The notes under the pieces are model-generated. The model was not told the origin of the DNA, made no database searches, and saw only the letters and a program-made list of their open reading frames with translations. This document shows positions 34,800-42,246 of a stretch of DNA of 62,451 bases, piece after piece. Location of the stretch: the NCBI GenBank assembly GCA_964532425.1, contig CAZHIA010000009.1, positions 1 to 62,451 of the forward strand, read 5' to 3'. The stretch is from an uncultured Candidatus Saccharibacteria bacterium. Lineage in GTDB: Bacteria > Patescibacteriota > Doudnabacteria > UBA920. Numbering within the stretch: position 1 is the stretch's first letter; each line of letters starts with the position of its first letter. The position numbers and the translations under genes are program-made.

Positions 34800-35588
34800 A
34801 TGGACAACCCTATTCCTGGGCTGACAGGCCCTGCCAATCCGGCTGCTCCTACAGCGGCGCCTGGATGGCTTCACAAAGCCTGGAAATTGGTCACTGGCGG
34901 CGCTGAGGTTGCCGAGTCTGTAGCCACAATCGGCTACTTCACCGGCATCTTCAAACGCGACCAGCACGGCAAACCCAAACTCAATGGCGACCTGGTTCGC
35001 GCGCAAGCGCCCCACTTTGCCAAAGACCGCCACGCGGAAGCGCAGTTCTCCATTTTAATGGAAGAACTGAGTCCCGGCGAACAGACAGCTCTTGACCAGT
35101 ACTTTCTTCCGAGCCTCAGTGAGGACCAGCAGGCTGACTTCAAACTCAGCACGCTGGAAATGACCTGGGGTGAGACGGACGAGCAGAAGCAAAAAGGACG
35201 AGAGGCGGCAATCAAGTTCTTGAAACGGATTGCAGCCATTTCGGACAACATGCTGCGCATCGAGGTGGCGGATGCCCGAGATTTCATCAAGGGAGACCCC
35301 ACCGAGTACGGTTGGTACATGGTTCGCCAATTCGCACGGCGGGCTGCGGCCTGGTTCCGCGATCCAGCCGGTTTTCCGGCGCGGTATGCGCAATTCACCA
35401 ACTGGATGGAAAACGAAGGAACGGCGCGGATCATTGAGTTCCGCAACCGTCTCGGCGTAACCGTTCAACCAGTGCCCGGTGCGGCAGTTCCGCTGCTGCC
35501 CGTGGCACCTCCGGGAAGATTTAGACGAGTAGCCAACGCTGTTGATAATCCGTTCTCACTGTCGCGCGCCGCGCGACGCTTCAAATAG
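34800..35588 (+). CDS. hypothetical protein (gene 2 of the GC-rich operon)
   Basis: The ATG lies 2 nt after the gene 1 stop, with aggaga SD. 262 aa, soluble. No family recognised. Confidence 0.65.
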   Translation: MDNPIPGLTGPANPAAPTAAPGWLHKAWKLVTGGAEVAESVATIGYFTGIFKRDQHGKPKLNGDLVRAQAPHFAKDRHAEAQFSILMEELSPGEQTALDQYFLPSLSEDQQADFKLSTLEMTWGETDEQKQKGREAAIKFLKRIAAISDNMLRIEVADARDFIKGDPTEYGWYMVRQFARRAAAWFRDPAGFPARYAQFTNWMENEGTARIIEFRNRLGVTVQPVPGAAVPLLPVAPPGRFRRVANAVDNPFSLSRAARRFK

Positions 35589-35605
35589 ATAGGAGATTAC
35601 AGATT

Positions 35606-37390
35606 ATGGGAGAATTTCTTTCTCAACTATTTGGTGCGCTCGACGACGTGCGCGCCCTTACCAAGGCGGCTGTGAGCCGCCTTCTCACGCTGTTCGTCAC
35701 GTTCATCATCGTGAATATCGTGATGGCACGATTCATGCAGCAATGGCTGAATCCCTGGCACTTGGTGCTTGCCGCGGTCATGGTATTCCTGATTTGGCGA
35801 GTCGTGTGGGTTGGCCTGAACCGCGTCACTGACGCGGCCCTCGTGGCTGCGTACCGAAACAACGAACCAGCAAAGGAAGCCATTGGCTATGTCAAACAGG
35901 CCATGGGCATCGTCCTGCTGGCAGGTTTCGGGTTCTGGGTTCTGCCCACCTACCGTTCGTTCACGCTGACGTTGGCTCTCCTGTTGCTTGTCTTCCTGCT
36001 CTTTCTGAGCAGCCCCGACAAGTGGAACTGGTTGACCATAAAGCGTGTCTCCGTAGTCGGCATCATGTTCGTGATCAGTGGGCTCATGTTATTCCCGCTG
36101 CTCAAGCACTACGGACCGCGCATTATGTACCACACTGGCAAAGCCGCTACCACGTCGTACTATATCACCTCCCGGGACACCGTTGAAAAATGGTGTTTCG
36201 ACTGTGTGATTAAGGACGGCAAGTTGGAGGGCGGCAAAAACTTCAGCCAACTCAAGGACGTGAAGGCCGGCGACTGGTACATTCCCGTTGATCAGGAAAG
36301 TCCTGCTCCCATCGACCTCAACGGCGTCAGTATGATGCCGCTCTTCAAAGCCTACGACAGCAAACTGCCGGTCAAGGGCTTTGACATGGATCCCAAACGG
36401 ATCGCTTTCGTTCCCGTCGGACACCTTCGGGAAGAGAGCGATTTAGCGGGAACAGGCTCAAGCGACAGCTGGTGGGAACGCAACAAACCCGCCGCAATCC
36501 GCTGGGCAGTTGTGTTCGGGCTCATCTTCCTCGGTTTCCTGATCATCCCGCCGGTATGGCGGTACTTGTCAGGACAGACCAGGGAAACCAGACCCGCGCA
36601 TGACGGTCTCGTAGGACCTGGCGTGCATCATGCAGGTCCCTACGGCGCTGATGCGCACGCACACGCCGCTCCGGCTCCTCATGCCGCAGCTCATGCAGCT
36701 GCTCATGAAGAGCACGGCGGACATGGTGCTGGATTGCCCCCAGCGGTCTGGATTACCCTGATCGTTGTACTCGGCATAGTCGCATTATTGTTCACCCAGA
36801 GATGGTGGAACAATATCGGCACCGGACCGGTCTACGCCAACAACGCACCGTCCGCAACAACTCCGGTCCAGCAGGTGAGTTCCCAAGGATCTGGCGAGCA
36901 ACGAGGTGCCGCGCTTCCGGTTCCGGGAGTAGGCGCCTCACAGCGCTGGAATCCTGAAACCCAGCAATGGGAAACGCCGGATTTCACCACCCTGTCCGAT
37001 TTTCGCGGACGATGGAAGGTCGTGGTTCCCGCTAACACCGAGGTGTTTACCGACATCCAGGTCAAGCGAGCGCAGACCATTACATTCATTTCCCGCAGTG
37101 GTCGGGTTAAAAATAATCCCAAAGAGGATTACACAAACCCGCCGCAGGGAACGTACCCGATCGACATCATCTCGCCGGCAAACCCGCCCTATACGCTTCC
37201 GGAAGCACATACCGGAGCGTTACTGTGCCGCTTCTCAGGCAACCAGCAATGGTTCGACGCTGGCGGCCGGGATGGGAATACTTACACGGTCGAGGTCGAA
37301 GAGGGCCAGATCGTGTTCGCGGCCAACACCCGCGTCGGCGAACGAAACTTCGCCACCGGCCAGTTCGAGGTAGTATTTGAAATTCAGTAG
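35606..37390 (+). CDS. polytopic membrane protein with a His/Ala-rich segment and a C-terminal PA-IL/LecA-like beta domain (gene 3)
   Basis: taggaga SD. About 5 N-terminal TM helices plus 2 more. HHAGPYGADAHAHAAPAPHAAAHAAAHEEHGGHG at aa 341-376. The C-terminus GALLCRFSG..WFDAGG..GQIVFAAN..GQFEVVFEI resembles the LecA fold pattern. Confidence 0.7.
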   Translation: MGEFLSQLFGALDDVRALTKAAVSRLLTLFVTFIIVNIVMARFMQQWLNPWHLVLAAVMVFLIWRVVWVGLNRVTDAALVAAYRNNEPAKEAIGYVKQAMGIVLLAGFGFWVLPTYRSFTLTLALLLLVFLLFLSSPDKWNWLTIKRVSVVGIMFVISGLMLFPLLKHYGPRIMYHTGKAATTSYYITSRDTVEKWCFDCVIKDGKLEGGKNFSQLKDVKAGDWYIPVDQESPAPIDLNGVSMMPLFKAYDSKLPVKGFDMDPKRIAFVPVGHLREESDLAGTGSSDSWWERNKPAAIRWAVVFGLIFLGFLIIPPVWRYLSGQTRETRPAHDGLVGPGVHHAGPYGADAHAHAAPAPHAAAHAAAHEEHGGHGAGLPPAVWITLIVVLGIVALLFTQRWWNNIGTGPVYANNAPSATTPVQQVSSQGSGEQRGAALPVPGVGASQRWNPETQQWETPDFTTLSDFRGRWKVVVPANTEVFTDIQVKRAQTITFISRSGRVKNNPKEDYTNPPQGTYPIDIISPANPPYTLPEAHTGALLCRFSGNQQWFDAGGRDGNTYTVEVEEGQIVFAANTRVGERNFATGQFEVVFEIQ

Positions 37391-37425
37391 GAGGATTTAT
37401 GGGTAGCGGCAACCGCCGCTTATCC

Positions 37426-37461
37426 GCCCCGTTCCGATGAACAATCGGAACGGGGCTTTTT
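37426..37461 (+). terminator. Rho-independent terminator of the GC-rich operon
   Basis: gccccgttccgat gaaca atcggaacggggc followed by ttttt. The 56545-56574 terminator has the same 12-nt arms. Confidence 0.8.
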
Positions 37462-37636
37462 AATACTCTTTAATCAAAACCGGCTTCATAGCCGGTTATT
37501 TTAATAGCGAATTATCCGCCGTAGTCCCGACTCAATGTCGGGACGAAGGAGGATATGTATTGATGAACCAAATGCAAAGGTCACCTTCGCGCTGCGCGAA
37601 GGTGACCTTTGCTGTGGAAAGAAGCACCCCCAAATC

Positions 37637-37672
37637 AAAACCGCCGGATTTTCAATTCCGGCGGTTATTTTT
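37637..37672. terminator. bidirectional terminator
   Basis: aaaaccgccgga ttttcaat tccggcggtt attttt, 6 nt from the stop of the first pilin-like gene. Confidence 0.75.
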
Positions 37673-37677
37673 CAAAT

Positions 37678-38463
37678 TTATCTATTCAGTGTCCCGGCGA
37701 CTACTGCCACGATCGTATAAGAAAGGATGACCACAACCAGTCCGATAACGGCGTTGACGAGCGTGTTCTTGCCTTTCTCTGCCTGCTCGCCATTACCAGC
37801 CGAGGTAATGTACCAGAAGCCGCCTAAAATAATGAACACAACAGCAATAGCTCCGGCAAACTGCAATAACATTTTGATAATCTTTTGGAGCAGCGTCGGC
37901 AAGGTATCGGCATTGTTCCAGCCAGTGTTGGTTTGGGGAATACAGATGCCATTCTTAAAATCATACCCCGCACCGCAATTTCCTGAACCACCACCCGAAC
38001 CAGAACCCCCAGTACCGCCCGTACCGCCAGTTCCACCAGAACCTCCGGTCCCACCGGTTCCACCAGCACCTCCAGCTCCAGTATCTCCTCCCGTTCCGCC
38101 GGTGCCAGTTCCACCCGTACCAGTCCCCGATCCGCCCCCTGGATTATTGGACATGCATTCGTTGGTAATAGGATTCATGGTATACCCAGAATTGCATTCG
38201 CACGCTCCGGTAGAATTATTACAGCTTTGATTGGAACCGCATGTCTTGCCCGCGCACGGGTTAGTCTGCGTGCCGCCTTGGTCGTATACGCAGGTGCCGC
38301 TGCCCGGATCACATGCCAATCCTCCGGCAGTGTCGCAATCGGAATTTTGGGAGCAGGATCCGCCAATACCTACCGTTCCCGCAAACGCTAAGGGGGACGC
38401 GACTGCCAGCAGACTGACTGCAACCATTCCAGCTATTAAAAATTTTGGGAATAGTTTATTCAT
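37678..38463 (-). CDS. TrbC/VirB2-like 'T4SS pilin' paralog 1 with a Cys-rich head and Gly/Thr/Ser linker
   Basis: Signal peptide, 12-Cys EGF-like region, (GGT/GGS)n linker. C-terminal module FWYITSAGNGEQAEKGKNTLVNAVIGLVVVIL lies between two hydrophobic helices. Confidence 0.8.
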   Translation of the reverse strand: MNKLFPKFLIAGMVAVSLLAVASPLAFAGTVGIGGSCSQNSDCDTAGGLACDPGSGTCVYDQGGTQTNPCAGKTCGSNQSCNNSTGACECNSGYTMNPITNECMSNNPGGGSGTGTGGTGTGGTGGDTGAGGAGGTGGTGGSGGTGGTGGTGGSGSGGGSGNCGAGYDFKNGICIPQTNTGWNNADTLPTLLQKIIKMLLQFAGAIAVVFIILGGFWYITSAGNGEQAEKGKNTLVNAVIGLVVVILSYTIVAVVAGTLNR

Positions 38464-38466
38464 ACC

Positions 38467-38853
38467 TCAAATTTGCCCGTTACCGACTAAATTGCTGACC
38501 ACCGTAACCAGCACATAGGACAAGGCGATAACCACAATACCAATTAGGGCATTGACCACGGTGTTCTTGCCTTTTTCCGCGGACTCGGCACTGCCGGCTG
38601 AGGTGATATACATGTAACCGCCATAGACCAGGAAAATAATGGCAATCGCTCCGGTAAACATGAGCATGAGCCGTATCACGTTCGTGATCAATTCCATAAC
38701 CGATTGGGAATTCCCCAACCGTCCGGAGTTACCAAAAATGCTCCTGAGTCCGCTTCCGCTCAAACCTTCGCTGACCGCATCGGCAAACGCCACCAGCGGT
38801 ACCGAAACAGCCGCACCGGCAGCAACAAGGCCTTTGATGAATTTGTTTTTCAT
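38467..38853 (-). CDS. TrbC/VirB2-like 'T4SS pilin' paralog 2 (minimal form)
   Basis: Signal peptide plus YMYITSAGSAESAEKGKNTVVNALIGIVVIAL module. 128 aa. Confidence 0.85.
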   Translation of the reverse strand: MKNKFIKGLVAAGAAVSVPLVAFADAVSEGLSGSGLRSIFGNSGRLGNSQSVMELITNVIRLMLMFTGAIAIIFLVYGGYMYITSAGSAESAEKGKNTVVNALIGIVVIALSYVLVTVVSNLVGNGQI

Positions 38854-38992
38854 ATTATTTCATTATGTTTTTGAACTGGTCTTTTGGTGCAACTGGGATT
38901 CCACAAAAAGATCGGTCCAAAAATTAGGAAGTTCCTGCCCCGCTTCCAGCAGTATAAGCTGCCGGCGTGCGGGGCAGGAATCAAATTTATGG

Positions 38993-39403
38993 TTACGGGG
39001 TTGAAGTCCCAGTACCAGCATTGCTGACCAGGTTGGAAACCACGCTGACGATAACGTATGAAAGCACGATAATAACGATACCGATCAAAGCGTTAACTGC
39101 AGTGTTCTTGCCTTTTTCCGCGGACTCCGCGTTACCGGCAGAAGTGATGTACTGGAAACCGCCGATAATAAGGAACAAAACCGCGATACCGAAGGCGATA
39201 CCGAGCATCCAGCGAATCACGGTGGTGATAAGCCCGTTGACGCTCGTACCGGCGTTACAGTTCACGCCGCCCAACTGGTTGCAGTCCACACCGGAAGACA
39301 GCGCAAAAGCGCTCGCCACCGGCACTACCGTTATGGCAATAACGGCAATAATCTCTGCAATTTTGAGGAAATCGATTTTTCTTATTTGTTTCAAGCTGTT
39401 CAC
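38993..39403 (-). CDS. TrbC/VirB2-like 'T4SS pilin' paralog 3 (minimal form)
   Basis: FQYITSAGNAESAEKGKNTAVNALIGIVIIVL module. GTG start at 39403, or TTG at 39394 behind gagagggg. Confidence 0.8.
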   Translation of the reverse strand: MNSLKQIRKIDFLKIAEIIAVIAITVVPVASAFALSSGVDCNQLGGVNCNAGTSVNGLITTVIRWMLGIAFGIAVLFLIIGGFQYITSAGNAESAEKGKNTAVNALIGIVIIVLSYVIVSVVSNLVSNAGTGTSTP

Positions 39404-39490
39404 CCCCTCTCGGGTTTCAAAGATATGAATATCCTTGTTTGCTAATAATAGTATACTATAAAAACCGCAAAAGTTAAAACGAATTTCCCT

Positions 39491-40231
39491 CTAGTTATGT
39501 CCTACCGAATAACCGCAAACTTTAGCGACTACTTTTTGATCCGTGGCCCCGGGCACCCCATATTCCGCCAGATATGAATTCACGCCCGTCGTCTGGAACG
39601 GGGCATACCCGATAGGTGTATCATTCGGAGTTACTACCTCCAAGACCGGCGCGGGGTACCCCTTTGCCGTACAGTAATCTACTATGGCCTGTTGTTTGTC
39701 AGGAGTCGTACCAACATACACGCGCAATCTCCCGGTGCTCGTTAAGAACTGCGGGTTGTTGATGGCGTTGTTCATTTGGTCTTGCAGTGCCTGCATGCGC
39801 TGCTCATTAGTTGTTCCTCCCCCGCTACCGCCCGCGCCAGAGCCAGAGCCGCCCGATGAATTAGTAAGGGTGTTGGTCACCAGGCGGACAATGAGCGATG
39901 ACAGTAAAATCACCGTAAGCCCAATGACTGCATTGACCAGGGTATTCTTTCCTTTTTCCACACTCTCGCCGTTGCCGGCCGAGGTCAAATACCGGAAACC
40001 GCCCAAAATTATGAACAGCACCGCCACACCGCCAGCCAGCATGAGCAGCAAGTTAATGGCTTTAAGGAGAATGCCGTTGGCCGTGCAATATTCTGCCGGC
40101 ACCCAGTCAAACAAGCCACCAAAAGACGACACCCAGCTCGGACACCCGGAGCTTGCGGCCTGGACGAGAGATGGAACCGTGATGGCCGTCAGGGCAGCGA
40201 CCATGATAAATATTTTTGTTTTTTGCGACAT
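39491..40231 (-). CDS. TrbC/VirB2-like 'T4SS pilin' paralog 4 with a C-terminal extension domain
   Basis: FRYLTSAGNGESVEKGKNTLVNAVIGLTVILL module in the N-terminal half, then a Gly/Ser linker and a ~100-aa C-terminal domain. Confidence 0.8.
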   Translation of the reverse strand: MSQKTKIFIMVAALTAITVPSLVQAASSGCPSWVSSFGGLFDWVPAEYCTANGILLKAINLLLMLAGGVAVLFIILGGFRYLTSAGNGESVEKGKNTLVNAVIGLTVILLSSLIVRLVTNTLTNSSGGSGSGAGGSGGGTTNEQRMQALQDQMNNAINNPQFLTSTGRLRVYVGTTPDKQQAIVDYCTAKGYPAPVLEVVTPNDTPIGYAPFQTTGVNSYLAEYGVPGATDQKVVAKVCGYSVGHN

Positions 40232-40416
40232 ATATCTAAGCTCGTTTATATTGTTTTTGACTCAAGCTTACTTCAATACCTTTCCGTCTCGCTTCGCGAT
40301 CCACCTTCCCTACAAGGGAAGGATTAACTGCAGCCTTGCAGCCGGCTCCCCTCTCTTTGTCTAAAGAGAGGGGTACACCCAGGCACCATCGGATGGTGTC
40401 TGGGTAAAGGGTGAGT

Positions 40417-41637
40417 TTAGAAGAATGATGCCGGATTCGGAATATCAGCACCGAGCAGGTTTTGGATGATGGCAATGATGGCAAAGGAAAGCAGGGCGAT
40501 CACTAAACCCATGACAGCCCAAATAATGGTACTTTTAGCTTTTCCATACGCCTCAGAATTTCCCTGGGACAAAACCATCTGGAACCCGCCGACAATGATC
40601 ATGGCCACGGAGAGTGCCCCGAGTACGCCCATCATCATCTTTAGGATGCGCGTGAATACCTGAAACAGATTACCAGAAGCTGAACCGAGCGGATTGATAA
40701 AAGATACCGTGGGATTTCCAGGAGTACCCCCGGTATTCGGATTGCCCGGGGTTCCACCAGTGTTCGGATTGCCAGGAGTCCCTGTACCAGGATTTCCGGA
40801 TGTACCACCCAAATTATTATCCCCGGTCAATGTTGCCGTTGCTTCGGCAATCTTCATACTTGTCCCCGCTTGCCACAGACTAACCGTGATATTATTCGTA
40901 CCTGCTTTGAAACCTCCGGACGAAGTCACGGTGGTGTCCAGCCATTGATCGCTTTGCATTTCCGCGCGCGATTTGGTAAATGTACCAAGCGTCTGTCCGT
41001 TCGCTTCGAATTTCAGATAAAAACTTTGTACCCCGGCATACTGCGAGCTATTCAGATCGCCCTGGTCAATATGGAATAAGATCTGTAATGGGTCATTCGC
41101 TTTGAATGACGATTGGCTTTGCGGTTTAAAATAGACACTCACCTGCGCACCGCTGCCTCCAACCGCGCCGGTTACTGCTACATTCCACGCGCTGCTGCGA
41201 GTTTGTTCGCTTCCCTGCCATACGCTGCTATAGAATTCAAAGACATTCGGGGTCGGCAAATCGGAACGGTCGATCGTGCTAATATTGACCGAAAAAGTTA
41301 CAACTGCCATGCTTTGCCAGTTTCCGTTGGAATCCTGCTGTGACGAAAACTGCATGCTTTTACTCTCCAATTGTTTGATTCCGGAAGCCATTTTTGACTT
41401 ATATCCAATGCTTACGGAGGCACTGGATGAACAATCGCTCATGTTACCGGAACGGGTCACTCGCGACGTAAATGTTAGGGTCTGGCCAGTAGCAGCCGAA
41501 GTGGCATTGCCGCTGAAATTGTCATCATAATTGCATGCTGCCTGGGCGACAAATGGTACAGTTGCGGCAAAGACCAGGCCGAGCAGATATATGCTTGCTG
41601 TAAAAAGACTGAGCATGCGGACGAATAAACGTTGCAT
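40417..41637 (-). CDS. TrbC/VirB2-like 'T4SS pilin' paralog 5 with a large N-terminal beta-rich head
   Basis: Signal peptide, ~270-aa head, (GNPNTGGTP)n repeats, then FQMVLSQGNSEAYGKAKSTIIWAVMGLVIALL module. Confidence 0.8.
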   Translation of the reverse strand: MQRLFVRMLSLFTASIYLLGLVFAATVPFVAQAACNYDDNFSGNATSAATGQTLTFTSRVTRSGNMSDCSSSASVSIGYKSKMASGIKQLESKSMQFSSQQDSNGNWQSMAVVTFSVNISTIDRSDLPTPNVFEFYSSVWQGSEQTRSSAWNVAVTGAVGGSGAQVSVYFKPQSQSSFKANDPLQILFHIDQGDLNSSQYAGVQSFYLKFEANGQTLGTFTKSRAEMQSDQWLDTTVTSSGGFKAGTNNITVSLWQAGTSMKIAEATATLTGDNNLGGTSGNPGTGTPGNPNTGGTPGNPNTGGTPGNPTVSFINPLGSASGNLFQVFTRILKMMMGVLGALSVAMIIVGGFQMVLSQGNSEAYGKAKSTIIWAVMGLVIALLSFAIIAIIQNLLGADIPNPASFF

Positions 41638-41664
41638 AGTGGAATAGTTAATAATCGCTGTCAG

Positions 41665-42102
41665 TTAACACCCCGGTCCCGACGGGTTAACATAGCAGCG
41701 TGGATTGGTCAAATTTACATGGGCCTGGAACACATTATTAACCAGAGTATTCACGATAGCAAAAGCAAGCAAGACGATTATGAAACCGATAATGGCATTA
41801 GTCATGCCGGTTTTGGCCTTGCCATACGCTTCGCCATTTCCGGCAGAGAGGGTCATATTCACAGCACTCACTACCATCCAAAAGACCGCATAGACGCCGG
41901 ACATGGCCAGCAGAAATGATATCAGCTTAGCCGCCAGAGTAAACATATCCTCGACGGAGCACGGATGCTCGCCATCCCCGCCGCACGGAACCAAACCGGC
42001 AGCGGAAGCCGCAAGCGGGATAAATGCCAGCACCGTACAAACAATTGACGCTATGATCTTATTTTTTGATTTCAACATGGGCAATTTCTTTGCCTTAAGC
42101 AT
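41665..42102 (-). CDS. TrbC/VirB2-like 'T4SS pilin' paralog 6
   Basis: Start at MLKAKK (42102), alternative 42078. Signal peptide and NMTLSAGNGEAYGKAKTGMTNAIIGFIIVLL module. Confidence 0.75.
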   Translation of the reverse strand: MLKAKKLPMLKSKNKIIASIVCTVLAFIPLAASAAGLVPCGGDGEHPCSVEDMFTLAAKLISFLLAMSGVYAVFWMVVSAVNMTLSAGNGEAYGKAKTGMTNAIIGFIIVLLAFAIVNTLVNNVFQAHVNLTNPRCYVNPSGPGC

Positions 42103-42180
42103 ACCATAACTTCGAACAAACACCAAATGCAACATAATGATAGAAAATATAAAAATATAAAAATTAACACAACTAAAACC

Positions 42181-42209
42181 CACCAAAACACCCCGACTTG
42201 TCGGGGTGT
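42181..42209 (-). terminator. Rho-independent terminator after the solute-binding protein gene
   Basis: acaccccgac / gtcggggtgt stem. On the minus strand it is followed by tttggtg. Confidence 0.75.
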
Positions 42210-42246
42210 TTAATCTTTCTATCTTTTATTTTCTATTTTTCTATAG

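Noticed and set aside
33722-34837. 371-aa minus-strand ORF, plus 35055-35468 and 34934-35446, antisense to the GC-rich operon.
   Set aside because: These are Arg/Leu/Ser-rich shadow frames typical of antisense GC-rich coding DNA. They have no SD or promoter, and the sense genes have SDs, tight coupling and a promoter/terminator pair.
35606-37677. Diversity-generating retroelement target: a lectin-like C-terminal domain followed by hairpins.
   Set aside because: There is no reverse transcriptase ORF, and I could find no template/variable repeat pair (near-identical 100-150 nt with A-specific differences) in the window.
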